Position numbers and translations under genes: made by a program
NCBI GenBank assembly: GCA_965228735.1
Contig: OZ245838.1
Span: 5,536,001 to 5,600,000, forward strand
Direction of reading: 5' to 3'
DNA: 64,000 nt
DNA from: Planctomycetota bacterium
GTDB lineage: Bacteria > Planctomycetota > UBA1135 > UBA2386
Notes under the pieces: generated by a model
What the model saw: only the letters and a program-made list of their open reading frames with translations
What the model was told of the DNA's origin: nothing
Database searches by the model: none
Part shown: in pieces, positions 51,137 through 60,661 of the stretch
Layout: each line of letters opens with the position of its first letter
Numbering within the stretch: position 1 is the first letter of the stretch

Positions 51137-51545
51137 ATGCTGCAGAGAACGTTCACTCGCGTGATCTTGGTCGGTGTCGCGTCGTTGGCCGCCGGTGTCG
51201 CCGTTGGGCGTAGAGCGACTGGGCGCAGAGCGACTGGGCGCAGAGCGACTGGGCGCGCGCACCCAACTTCCAGCCCACTTCGCCGCGCATCGCGTACGAC
51301 TCGGCCGGTCGTTCGGTCTGCAGAAGACGCCGCTCGGCGGTGGCTGCGATCAGTTGCTCGGCGGAACGATCGCGACGCAGTTCTTCTTCACCAACGCGGT
51401 CGGTCAGGCGCGCTCGTCGGTCGCGTTGCCGGCGCTGCCCGGACTTCGCGGCGTGATGATCCACGGGCAGGGCGCGGTGCTCGATCCGGCGTCGCCGATC
51501 GGCGTTGCGGTCACGGGCGCGATCACGCTCGTCGTCGGCGACTGA
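51137..51545 (+). pseudogene. Collapsed secreted-protein pseudogene (signal peptide, Kelch-like start and recurrent C-domain in three frames)
   Basis: MLQRTFTRVILVGVASLAAGVA (frame A), AQSDWARAPNFQPTSPRIAYDSAGR (frame B), TPLGGGCDQLL...VALPALPGLRG...QGAVLDP...ITLVVGD* (frame C). Confidence 0.65.
51205..51256 (+). repeat. 15-bp tandem repeat, about 3.4 copies
   Basis: TGGGCGTAGAGCGAC, TGGGCGCAGAGCGAC, TGGGCGCAGAGCGAC, TGGGCGC. Confidence 0.9.
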
Positions 51546-51561
51546 CCCGACGGCGCGCCCG

Positions 51562-53091
51562 CTACGCGCCGTCGACCTTGGCCTTCACCGTGCGGCGGTC
51601 GAGCCGCAGGCGCCGTGCTGCGGCCGTGAGGCTGCCGGCGTCGCGGTAGACCAGTTCGCAGTAGCGGCGCAGCAGCTCGTCGGCCGTGAGGTTGCCGCCG
51701 CGCAGGGCGTCGCCGAGGTGGCTCCAGCCGTCGCCGTCCGCACCGGCGGCGCCGCTTCGCGTGGCGGGGTGATACTCGCCGCGGATCATCACGTTGCGCA
51801 CGCACTGTTCGAGCTCGCGGACGTTCCCCGGCCAGCGGTAGTCGCGCCCGAGGTTGCCGTCGATCCAGTCCTCGACCTCGGACGCGAGGCAATCGGCGTC
51901 GTCACCGACGAGACGGCGGGCGAGGAAGCGCAGCAGCACGGCGCGTTCGCCGTCGTCGTCGAGGAAGCGCTCGTGCAGCGACGGCGTCGTGATCGTGTCG
52001 GCGCAGAGGCGGTAGTAGAGGTCCGTGCGAAACCGGCCGCTCGCCATCTCGGCCGCGAGGTCGCGGTTGGTCGCGGCGACGAGCTTGCCGTGGAAGCGCC
52101 GGTCCTCGGTCTCGCCGACGCGATTGAACGTGCGCTCCTCGAGCACGCGCAGCAGCTTGACCTGGATCGCGGGGTCGATCTCGCCGATCTCGTCGAGGAA
52201 CACGCAGCCGCAGGGCGGGCACGTCTCGAGCCAGCCCTTGCGGTCGCTGACCGCGCCCGTGAACGCGCCGCGCTTGTGGCCGAACAGCTCGGCCTCGACG
52301 AGCTGCGGCCCGAGCGCCGACAGGTTGAGCGCGTGCAACGACGCGTCGCCATCGCCGCCTCCGGCGAGGCGTCCCGTGCGCGGATCGAACGGCACGAAAC
52401 GCGACAGTCCGATCGCGCGCGCGACGAGCTCCTTGCCCGTGCCCGACGGGCCCGTGATCAGCGTCGCGTGATCGCCCATGCGCTCGAACAGCACGTGGCG
52501 ATAGCGCCGCAGGTCGTGCGTGAAGATCGACTGCCAGACCTGACCGCGCAGTCGAACCGCGGGACGCGACGTGCCGATGATGCAGTCGAACACGCGGTGG
52601 AATGCGCGGCAGATCTGCACGAAGAACGCGAACACCTGCGCGAGTTCCGCGGTCTTCGGCGCCGGCTGCAGCACGCCGACGAAGTGGCGGGCGCGCGCCG
52701 AGAACTCGCGCCACTCGGGGCCGAGGTCGTGCGCGCCGTTCTGCGCGAGTTCGACGGCGAGCTGGTCGAGCTGGGGGCGGCGTTCGTAGTAGAGGCCGAG
52801 CAGGACGATGTCCTCGTAGAGCGCGAGCTCGGTCGCGGTCGCGTCGTGACCGTCGACGAGCTGCGCGCGCGCCGCCTCGGCGACCGCGATGCTCACGACC
52901 GCGAGGCGCTCGATGTTGGGCAGCGGCGTCTGCCAGTCCGCGTGCACGTTCCAGTCGGCCGTCGCTTCGTCGAAGCCTTTGCCGAGCACCGCGCGCTCGT
53001 GATCGATCCGCTCGCTGAGGAACGGGTTGCAGTAGACCAGCTGCGAGAGTCGGCGGGCACGCGGCAGGGCCTCCGGGTCGAACAGCGGCAT
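51562..53091 (-). CDS. Sigma54-dependent enhancer-binding protein with unrecognised N-terminal domain
   Basis: GPSGTGKE, ELFGHKRGAFTGA, FLDEIGE, AATNRDL, FRTDLYYRL, WPGNVRELE and a C-terminal HTH. Confidence 0.93.
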   Translation of the reverse strand: MPLFDPEALPRARRLSQLVYCNPFLSERIDHERAVLGKGFDEATADWNVHADWQTPLPNIERLAVVSIAVAEAARAQLVDGHDATATELALYEDIVLLGLYYERRPQLDQLAVELAQNGAHDLGPEWREFSARARHFVGVLQPAPKTAELAQVFAFFVQICRAFHRVFDCIIGTSRPAVRLRGQVWQSIFTHDLRRYRHVLFERMGDHATLITGPSGTGKELVARAIGLSRFVPFDPRTGRLAGGGDGDASLHALNLSALGPQLVEAELFGHKRGAFTGAVSDRKGWLETCPPCGCVFLDEIGEIDPAIQVKLLRVLEERTFNRVGETEDRRFHGKLVAATNRDLAAEMASGRFRTDLYYRLCADTITTPSLHERFLDDDGERAVLLRFLARRLVGDDADCLASEVEDWIDGNLGRDYRWPGNVRELEQCVRNVMIRGEYHPATRSGAAGADGDGWSHLGDALRGGNLTADELLRRYCELVYRDAGSLTAAARRLRLDRRTVKAKVDGA

Positions 53092-53202
53092 GGTCAGGAA
53101 CTGTACGAGGTGAGCGCATTCTGTGCTCGCGCGCGTTCCCGTGGCGATGTCAGAAGATTCTTAAAGCGCGTCCGTCAAATGGTTTACGGATTCTGCATCC
53201 GC

Positions 53203-53218
53203 CGGCACACGGCTTGGA
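53203..53218 (+). promoter_or_regulatory. Sigma54 -24/-12 promoter candidate
   Basis: cGGCAC-ACGGC-TTGGa matches tGGCAC-N5-TTGC spacing with GG at -12. It lies about 58 nt upstream of ATG 53276, and an AT-rich IHF-like TCAAatggTTT is just upstream. Confidence 0.6.
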
Positions 53219-53275
53219 AAGGGAAGTCCGCGCAGGACTCGCCTGCGCAGAAGTAGCCAAGTCCAAGGAGACCAC

Positions 53276-55468
53276 ATGCTCACCTTCCTCCTCCGCACCT
53301 GTCTCGTCGCCGGCTGTTCGTTCAGTCTGGCCGCGACCGCTCTCTTCGCCGCCGACCCGCCGGCTCGACCTGCGCCCGGTGGTCTGCTGATCGCCGACGG
53401 CGGTTTCGGCGGCGTGCTCGAGATCATGAGCCACGACGTGCGCGTCACGATCAACAACGGCATCGCGGTGACGCGGGTCGACCAGGTGTTCCACAACACC
53501 GAAGGGCGCACGGTCGAGGCGCTCTACACGTTCCCCGTGCCGAAGAACGCGAGCGTCGCCAACTTCAGCATGTGGATCGGCGGCAAGGAGATGATCGGCG
53601 AGGTCGTCGAGAAGCAGCGCGCCCGCGAGATCTACGACAGCTACAAGCGCGTCAACCGCGACCCCGGGCTGCTCGAACAGGTCGACTACTCGACGTTCGA
53701 GATGCGCATCTTCCCGATCGCCGCGGACGCCGAGCAGCGCGTGCGTGTCGAGTACTATCAGGAGCTCGACGTCGACGACGACTGGTGCTCCTACACCTAC
53801 CCGCTCGCGACGACGACGCGTCCCGGGATCGACTCGCAGGTGAAGGGTCGATTCTCGCTCACGCTCGAGGCCAAGAGCCGCGTCCCGATGCGATCGATGC
53901 AGAGCACGTCGCACCCTGACGAGTTCATCGTCGCAGCCCACGCGGACCGCTACCACGAGGCCAGCATGGAGCTGTCGGGCGGCGACCTGTCGCGCGACGT
54001 GGTGCTGAGCTGGCAGCTGCAGCGGGCGCGCACGGGCCTCGACTTCCTCGCCTCCAAGCAGGGTCTCGAGGACGGCTTCCTGCAGGTCACGTTGACGGCC
54101 GGCAAGGAGCTCGAAGAGAACGACGTCGGAATGGACTACGTGTTCGTCAGCGACGTGTCCGGCAGCATGGCCAACTCCGGCAAGCTCGGGCTCTCGCAGA
54201 ACCAGGTGCGGGCGTTCATCGACGCGCTCGGTTCGAAGGACCGCTTCGAGCTGCTGTCGTTCAACGTGCAGTCCGCGACTCTGTTCGGCGACCTCGTGAC
54301 CGTCGACGACAGCAGTCGCGAAGCGGCCGCGAAGTTCCTCGCGGGTCAGCGCGCACGCGGCGGCACGCGCCTGCGCCCGGCACTCGAGGCCGCGTTTCGC
54401 TACCTCGACGAGGACCGCCCGCTCAACGTCGTGATCCTGTCCGACGGGATGACGGAGCAGAACGAGAACCGCGAGCTGCTCGGGCTCATCCGCTCGCGGC
54501 CGGCCGGGGCGCGCATGTTCTGCATCGGCGTCGGCAACGAGGTCAACCGGCCGCTGCTGCGCCAGGTCGCGGAGTCGACCGGCGGGCTCGCCGCGTTCCT
54601 CAGCCGCGGCGACGATTTCGAGCGGCAGGCCGCTGCGTTCCGCCGCAAGCTCACGCGGCCCGCGATCGCGGACGTGATGGTGTCGGTCGACGGCGTCGCG
54701 GTCCACGACTTCGAACCGCAGCAGATCCCGAGTCTCTACCATGGGTCGCCGGTGCGGATGTACGCGCGCTACCGCGGCAGCGGCAAGGCGACGGTCAAGC
54801 TCACGGGCACGATCGAGGGCGCACCGTTCGCCGAGGTCTATGACATCGAGCTGCCCGACAACGAGGCGAGCAACCCGGAGATCGAGCGCATGTGGGCGTG
54901 GCACCGCGTCCAGGCACTGCTCGACCAGGAGCGCGAGGAGGGCGAGACCGGACGTCACGTCCCGGAGATCGTGCGGCTGTGCGAAGGGTTCTCGATCCCG
55001 AGCGAGTACGCGTCGTTCCTCGTGCTCGAGAACGATCAGGAGTACCAGCGGTGGAAGATCGAGCGCCGCAACGCGACGCGGCTGGCTCGCGACCGGCAGG
55101 CGCAGCAGCAGCTGCGACAGCGGTTGGATCGGTTGCGCGGTGAGGCCGAGCGCCTCGTCGGCCCGCAGCCCGAGAGCAAGCGTGATCGCGTCGCGGACAC
55201 CGGTGGCGTCCCGACCAACTCGAACGACCCTAGCAGCCGCCCGGCGCGTCGGACGCCGATCAATCGCAACCCGGGCAATCGCAACCCGCAGCCGCAGAGC
55301 CGGCCGCCGCAGCGTTCGCAGCCGCGCTTCGGTGACCACGGCGGCAGTTCCGGTGGCGGCGCATTCGATCCGTTGACGGGTGCGTTGCTGCTCGGTGGCC
55401 TCGGCGCCGCGGGCCTCGCGCGGCGGCGCCGCGACCGGGGCGTCGAGGTCGACTCGGAGGAGCGGTAG
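53276..55468 (+). CDS. VIT + von Willebrand A domain protein with GlyGly-CTERM sorting signal
   Basis: RBS AAGGAG; signal peptide; VIT (VEALYTFPVP...ARxIY...DPGLLEQ); MIDAS DVSGSM/GGT/LSDG; tail GGSSGGGAFDPLTGALLLGGLGAAGLARRRR. Confidence 0.92.
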   Translation: MLTFLLRTCLVAGCSFSLAATALFAADPPARPAPGGLLIADGGFGGVLEIMSHDVRVTINNGIAVTRVDQVFHNTEGRTVEALYTFPVPKNASVANFSMWIGGKEMIGEVVEKQRAREIYDSYKRVNRDPGLLEQVDYSTFEMRIFPIAADAEQRVRVEYYQELDVDDDWCSYTYPLATTTRPGIDSQVKGRFSLTLEAKSRVPMRSMQSTSHPDEFIVAAHADRYHEASMELSGGDLSRDVVLSWQLQRARTGLDFLASKQGLEDGFLQVTLTAGKELEENDVGMDYVFVSDVSGSMANSGKLGLSQNQVRAFIDALGSKDRFELLSFNVQSATLFGDLVTVDDSSREAAAKFLAGQRARGGTRLRPALEAAFRYLDEDRPLNVVILSDGMTEQNENRELLGLIRSRPAGARMFCIGVGNEVNRPLLRQVAESTGGLAAFLSRGDDFERQAAAFRRKLTRPAIADVMVSVDGVAVHDFEPQQIPSLYHGSPVRMYARYRGSGKATVKLTGTIEGAPFAEVYDIELPDNEASNPEIERMWAWHRVQALLDQEREEGETGRHVPEIVRLCEGFSIPSEYASFLVLENDQEYQRWKIERRNATRLARDRQAQQQLRQRLDRLRGEAERLVGPQPESKRDRVADTGGVPTNSNDPSSRPARRTPINRNPGNRNPQPQSRPPQRSQPRFGDHGGSSGGGAFDPLTGALLLGGLGAAGLARRRRDRGVEVDSEER

Positions 55469-55470
55469 CC

Positions 55471-56139
55471 GTGACCGGCGCGACCGTGACGGCAGCCAGG
55501 CCTGCGGCCGTGAGGTGGAGCTGGTCCGCGTTCGTGGTTTGGCTGGTCGTCGCGTCGGCGGCGTGGGTCGCTGCGCAGCCGTCGGTCGCGCCGATGCTGG
55601 AACTCGACCGCAGCGAGCCTTGGCAACTGTGGCGCTGGGTCACGTGCCACTTCACCCACTTCGGTGGCGAGCACCTGTTCTGGAGCGGGGCGGTCTGCCT
55701 CGGACTCGTGCTGTGGCTCGGACTGACCCGCCGCGTCGTCGCGGTGCTCGCGGGCGCGATCGTGTCGATCCCGGCCGCGGTGCTGGCGCTGCAGCCCGAG
55801 ATCGCGATCTATCGCGGGCTCAGCGGGCTCGACTCCGCGCTGTTCGTGCTCGTCGTCGCGGATGTCGTGACGGCCACGCGTGACCGGCGCGTCCGCGCGC
55901 TCGCGGTTCTCGCCGGCCTGCTTTTCGTCGCCAAGCTCGGCTACGAGCTCGCCCTTCAGCAGACCGTGTTCGTGCGCGGGGACGCGTTCGTGCCCGTCCC
56001 GCTCGCGCACTTCGTCGGCGCGGGCGTCGGCCTGCTGGCCGCCGCCCGCGCGGCGCTCAGCGGCCGAGCTGCGTCATCGATGCGAGATCGAACCGCACGT
56101 CGATCCGCAGCTTGTTGCCGGTCCGGCCGGCGCTCATGA
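55471..56139 (+). CDS. rrtA: Rhombosortase (rhomboid-family GlyGly-CTERM processing protease)
   Basis: WRWVTCHFTH...HLFW, YRGLSG (catalytic Ser), AHFVG (catalytic His); directly downstream of a GlyGly-CTERM gene. Confidence 0.88.
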   Translation: MTGATVTAARPAAVRWSWSAFVVWLVVASAAWVAAQPSVAPMLELDRSEPWQLWRWVTCHFTHFGGEHLFWSGAVCLGLVLWLGLTRRVVAVLAGAIVSIPAAVLALQPEIAIYRGLSGLDSALFVLVVADVVTATRDRRVRALAVLAGLLFVAKLGYELALQQTVFVRGDAFVPVPLAHFVGAGVGLLAAARAALSGRAASSMRDRTARRSAACCRSGRRS

Positions 56140-57700
56140 GCATCGGCGACTTGCCGTCCGGAATCTCGGGCGGCCCGCCCGGCAGGTTCTCGAGCGCTGC
56201 CATCTTGTCGACCATGGATCGCATCAGTCCGAGGAAGTCCATGTGCATGAAGAACACGACCTCGTCGCCCGGCACCGCGGCGAGCGCGCGCGCGGCGTCG
56301 CCATGGTTCTGCGAGCCGCCCTTCAGGGTCGCGATCGCGCCCTCGAGCTCGGTCTTGCTCTGCCCGAACGACGTGACCAGCAAGTCGTCGACCTGGCCGA
56401 TCGCGCCCTGCAGACGTTCGCCGTAGATCGACTTGATCATCGTCGTCGCGTCGGCCATCTCGCCGCCGCCGGCACTCGGCATCTCGAGCATCTTGGCGAA
56501 GCCCGCCACGTCCCAGTCGCAGGCGACGTAGTCGAACGCGGCGCCGCCGATCGACAGCTCCTCGTACTCGGGCTCGCCGGTCATGCCGAGCTTGCCGAGG
56601 GCCCGCGCCATGTCCCGCACCGCGGCGCTCGCCGCGCCGGGATCGGATACCGACATCGCCCAGACGCCGTTCATGCCGTTCTCGCCGAACGCGAACGAGC
56701 CCGCGCCGGGACCGTCCATGTACTGGTAGATCGCCATCGCCGCGCGCGCGTATTCCTGCATCGCGGCAGTGAACTGTTCGGGCGCGTCCGGGTTTCCCTC
56801 GAACATCTGGCCCATCAGCTGCTCGAAATCGAACCAGTCCGCCATCTTGCTCATCGCGGGACCCATCGCGAAGACCATCGCGCCGTCCTCGCCGACCGGG
56901 ATCCGCGCGAGCAGTTCCGCGACGTTCGGGGCGCCGGGGCTCGCCTGTGGCATCGCGCTGCTGAGTTCGATCACGGTAGCCAAGTTCACGTCGCCGTCAT
57001 CGAGATCGAGCATGACGTCGATGGTGCCGCCCTGCTTCGCCCAGTCGAAGATCGGCTGATAGACCGCGAAGACCGCTTCGCCGCCCGGCTCGCTCGCCAT
57101 CAGGTCCTTGAACATCGCCTCACCCTGCTCGATCTGCGCGCGGAAGGCGCCGAGGTCGACGCGGATCGTCACATCGGCGGCCGGCAGGTTCTGCACCAGC
57201 GGCGATGCGGTGCCAACAGTGGGCTTGCTCACGCCGGGCATCGGCATCGCGAGCGCGATGTGCTTGCCGGATGTCGCGGTGTTGTCGTCCTCGAGGTCGC
57301 TCGGGTCCGGCGCGCCGACGATGGCCTGCGTCGGGCCGTTCTCGTTCACGAGCAACGCCATCGGCTGGGCGAGGTCGAGATCGCGTTCCCGCAGGTCGAA
57401 CGGCGTCTGGCTCAGCAGCGTATCGACGTTGACCATGGCCTCGGAGCCCGGGCGAATGGATTTCGCGATCGCGCGCACCTCGGCGAGGAGCTCGCCCGGG
57501 TTGTTCACATACACCGCGACCGGGGTACCTGCCGGCACGAGCTTCGCCACGTCGTCGGGCACCGACGCTGCGGTGAAGAGCGGGTTGCCGCCGGCTTTGC
57601 CGACGTTGGCGCCGCCGCCGGACTCGCCGCCGCAGCTCGAGAGCAGCGCCGTGCAGGAGAGCGCGAGGACCGCGCCAGAGTGGATTCGAAGTTCAGCCAT
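56057..57700 (-). CDS. Hypothetical lipoprotein
   Basis: MAELRIHSGAVLALSCTALLSSC-GG lipobox; long ORF with typical codon usage. Confidence 0.65.
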   Translation of the reverse strand: MAELRIHSGAVLALSCTALLSSCGGESGGGANVGKAGGNPLFTAASVPDDVAKLVPAGTPVAVYVNNPGELLAEVRAIAKSIRPGSEAMVNVDTLLSQTPFDLRERDLDLAQPMALLVNENGPTQAIVGAPDPSDLEDDNTATSGKHIALAMPMPGVSKPTVGTASPLVQNLPAADVTIRVDLGAFRAQIEQGEAMFKDLMASEPGGEAVFAVYQPIFDWAKQGGTIDVMLDLDDGDVNLATVIELSSAMPQASPGAPNVAELLARIPVGEDGAMVFAMGPAMSKMADWFDFEQLMGQMFEGNPDAPEQFTAAMQEYARAAMAIYQYMDGPGAGSFAFGENGMNGVWAMSVSDPGAASAAVRDMARALGKLGMTGEPEYEELSIGGAAFDYVACDWDVAGFAKMLEMPSAGGGEMADATTMIKSIYGERLQGAIGQVDDLLVTSFGQSKTELEGAIATLKGGSQNHGDAARALAAVPGDEVVFFMHMDFLGLMRSMVDKMAALENLPGGPPEIPDGKSPMLMSAGRTGNKLRIDVRFDLASMTQLGR

Positions 57701-57907
57701 GACGTTTCGGAGGTCGGGATCCAATCGGATCGGGAAGCCGGGGAGCATTGGGGTGGCGCGCGATGGAGTCCAGTCGCACGGCCCGGGAACGGGGACATTT
57801 CGCGAGCTCCGTTGGCGCGGGTTTCTCCGAAAATCGTCGTCCGACGGCCTGCGCGCGGGACACTGGCAAGCGGGCGGACGATCCTCGCCCGCCGATTCGA
57901 TCCCGTC

Positions 57908-60622
57908 GTGACCACTTCCGGAGACTCGAAGTCCACGGCCGTCGCCGTGCAGTTCCTGCAGCGCTTCCTGCAGGATCGCGAGGACGGCGTCGAGCGCTCA
58001 CTCGCGGACTACCAGGCCATGTTCTCGTCGGCGCCCGAGGTGGTGGCCGAGGAGTTCGAGGCGCTGACGAACGTTTCCGACCCGGACCCGGACGGCGCAT
58101 CGGGGGGCGACGACGCGGCCGCCGGAGCGCTGTCGCATCCGGCCGACGGCGCCCGCTACCGCGACGCGCAGCTGCTCGGTCGCGGCGGCATGGGCACGGT
58201 GTCCCGCGTGTTCGACCCCGCGCTCGAGCGCGAGGTCGCGATCAAACGCCTCACGAAGGCCGCGGACGGCGTGCCGGACGTGCGTCGACTCGGCCGCTTC
58301 CTCGACGAGGCCAAGGTCACGGGTCAGCTGCAGCACCCGGGCATCGTCAGCGTGCACGAGATCGGCCTCGACGAGCACAAGACGCCGTACTTCACGATGC
58401 CGGTGATCGAGGGCCGGAGCCTGCACGAGATCCTGCGCGAGCTGCACGACCCGGAGGCGGAGGCCGAGTGGACGCAGGTGCGCGTGTTGTCGGTGCTGCA
58501 GCGCGTGTGCGAGGCGATGGCCTACGCACACGAGCGCGGCGTCGTCCACCGTGACCTCAAGCCCGCGAACGTGATGGTCGGCCGCTTCGGCGAGACCTAC
58601 GTCGTCGACTGGGGGCTCGCGCGCGCGGCCGACCGACCCGACCGCCGCGACATCCGCGTGGGCCACGGCGACGATGGCCACGACTCCGCGTTGCGAACCG
58701 TCGAGGGTGACGTGATCGGCACGCCCGCGTACATGGCGCCGGAGCAGGCCCGCGGTGAGATCGAGGGCGTGGGCGAACGGAGCGACGTCTACGCGATCGG
58801 CGCGATGCTCTATCATGTGCTCGCCGGGACCGCGCCGCACGTCGAGCCGGGCACCGAGCCGAAGAGCCGCGACACGCTGGCACGCGTGATCGCGGGGCCG
58901 CCGACCGATCTGCGCCGGATCGCGCCGGCCACGCGCCCGGAGCTCGTCGCGATCTGCGAGCGCGCGATGGCGCGGTCGCCGGACGATCGCTACCCGAGCG
59001 CTGCGGCGCTCGGCGAAGATCTGCGTGCGTTCCTCGAGAACCGCGTCGTGACCGCGTATTCGACGGGGCCGTTCGCGGAGCTCGGCAAGTGGGTCGCGCG
59101 CAACCGCGCGCTGGCGGCGGCGAGCGTGCTCGCGCTGCTGTCGCTGGTCTCAGGTCTGACCTGGAGCGAGATTCAGCGCAGCCGCGCCGAGCGCAACGCC
59201 GAGCGCGCGGCCAACAACTCGCTGCTCGCGGCCGAGAACCTCGACATCGCGTTCGAAGCCGGTCGGGACCTGTTGGGCTCCTTCGGGCTGTACGGGGTCT
59301 GGAGCGAGCCCGGAGCGGATCCGATCCGCGAGGCGGCGCTCGAGCGCGGGCTCGAGTACTTCGAGCGGCTGCGGGACCTGCGCGGTGACGATCCACGGGT
59401 GGATCGGCAGGTCGCGGAGGCGCGGTATCGCATCGCGACGCTGCTCACCGAGCTCGGTCGCGCCACCGAGGCGTCCGCGGCATGGGACGCGGCGCGCGTC
59501 AGCATCGAGCGGGTGATCGCGCGACATGGTTCCAATCCCGAACTGCGGTTGCGACTCCTGCAGATCGAGGGCGAGGAGCATGTCCGTGTGATGCAGACCA
59601 GGGTGAGATCCGCGATCGATGAACTGCAGCGGATCGTCGAGGCGCTGGCCGACCTGCGGTCGGAGGGCTTCGAATCGAGCGAGGTGGTTCGAGCGCAGCT
59701 CGGATTCCACTACAACCTCACGCTCGCGATGTTCGACGCGCGCAACAAGGAAGGGGCGCTGCATCACAGCGAGAAGACCCTCGAGCATGCGCGTGAGCTG
59801 GCTGCCCGGCAAGGTGGCATCCGGGTGCCGTCGACGATTTCGTTGCTCGGCAGTTCGACGACGTTGCGCGGCAAGCTGATGTGGCAGACGGGGCAACCGG
59901 AGCGAGCCGCGGCCTACTACGAGGAGTCGATCGAGCTGCTCGAGAACGGGCTCGTCGAGGCTCCAGGGCACCGAGGCCTGCGTTCGCGGCTCGGCGAAGC
60001 GCTCAACCTCCAGGCCATCCTGCAGAGCCAGACGGGCCAGCGTGCCGCCGCGCTCGCCACCCTGGAGCGCGCGATCGAGGTCTACACCGAGCTCACGGCT
60101 GCGTTCCCCGGGGCACGCGACTATCACGGCGCGTTCGGCGGCGTGCTGTGCAATCGCGGGATCTTCCACAGCCAGGACGGCGAGCTGGAGAAGGCGATCG
60201 AACGGCTCGAAGCGGCCGTCGTTCAGATTCGCCGCGCGCTCGCGATCGACGCCGGGGCGTCGGACTACCGGGACTATCGCCGCATCGCGGGCAAGGAACT
60301 CGCGCTGGCGTTCGCCAAGGCCGACCGGCACGCGGATGCCGCGCGGAGCATCGAGGAGTGGTTCGCGGACGTGCCCGAGACGCCGCCGTTCGATGGCGCT
60401 CGGATGTGGGCGGTCTGTGCGAAGGTCGCGTTGGCGGACGCCGGGCTGTCGGCGTCCGAGCGGGCGGCGACCCTGGCTGCTTACGGGGACGAATCGGTCG
60501 CGTTGCTGCGTCGGGCTGCCGCCGCGGACCGCGTGCCGGCGGAGCGGTTGCGAGCGGCGCCCTTCGATGCACTCGCGGACCACGCCGGGTTCCGCGCGTT
60601 CGTCGCCGAACTCGGTCGCTGA
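57908..60622 (+). CDS. Hanks-type Ser/Thr protein kinase with TM segment and TPR-like repeats
   Basis: GRGGMG, VAIK, HRDLKPAN, DWG, GTPAYMAPEQ, SDVYAIG; hydrophobic LAAASVLALLSLVSGL; helical TPR-like C-terminus. Confidence 0.95.
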   Translation: MTTSGDSKSTAVAVQFLQRFLQDREDGVERSLADYQAMFSSAPEVVAEEFEALTNVSDPDPDGASGGDDAAAGALSHPADGARYRDAQLLGRGGMGTVSRVFDPALEREVAIKRLTKAADGVPDVRRLGRFLDEAKVTGQLQHPGIVSVHEIGLDEHKTPYFTMPVIEGRSLHEILRELHDPEAEAEWTQVRVLSVLQRVCEAMAYAHERGVVHRDLKPANVMVGRFGETYVVDWGLARAADRPDRRDIRVGHGDDGHDSALRTVEGDVIGTPAYMAPEQARGEIEGVGERSDVYAIGAMLYHVLAGTAPHVEPGTEPKSRDTLARVIAGPPTDLRRIAPATRPELVAICERAMARSPDDRYPSAAALGEDLRAFLENRVVTAYSTGPFAELGKWVARNRALAAASVLALLSLVSGLTWSEIQRSRAERNAERAANNSLLAAENLDIAFEAGRDLLGSFGLYGVWSEPGADPIREAALERGLEYFERLRDLRGDDPRVDRQVAEARYRIATLLTELGRATEASAAWDAARVSIERVIARHGSNPELRLRLLQIEGEEHVRVMQTRVRSAIDELQRIVEALADLRSEGFESSEVVRAQLGFHYNLTLAMFDARNKEGALHHSEKTLEHARELAARQGGIRVPSTISLLGSSTTLRGKLMWQTGQPERAAAYYEESIELLENGLVEAPGHRGLRSRLGEALNLQAILQSQTGQRAAALATLERAIEVYTELTAAFPGARDYHGAFGGVLCNRGIFHSQDGELEKAIERLEAAVVQIRRALAIDAGASDYRDYRRIAGKELALAFAKADRHADAARSIEEWFADVPETPPFDGARMWAVCAKVALADAGLSASERAATLAAYGDESVALLRRAAAADRVPAERLRAAPFDALADHAGFRAFVAELGR

Positions 60623-60661
60623 CGTTCGTCGGGCACGCCTTCGGTTCGGTAAGATCTCGGC

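Noticed and set aside
51205..51256. Possible CRISPR-like repeat
   Set aside because: Contiguous 15-bp tandem copies with no spacers and no cas genes.
55880..57907. N-terminal extension of the 1580-aa kinase ORF
   Set aside because: It overlaps the minus-strand lipoprotein; protein-like sequence begins near 57908.
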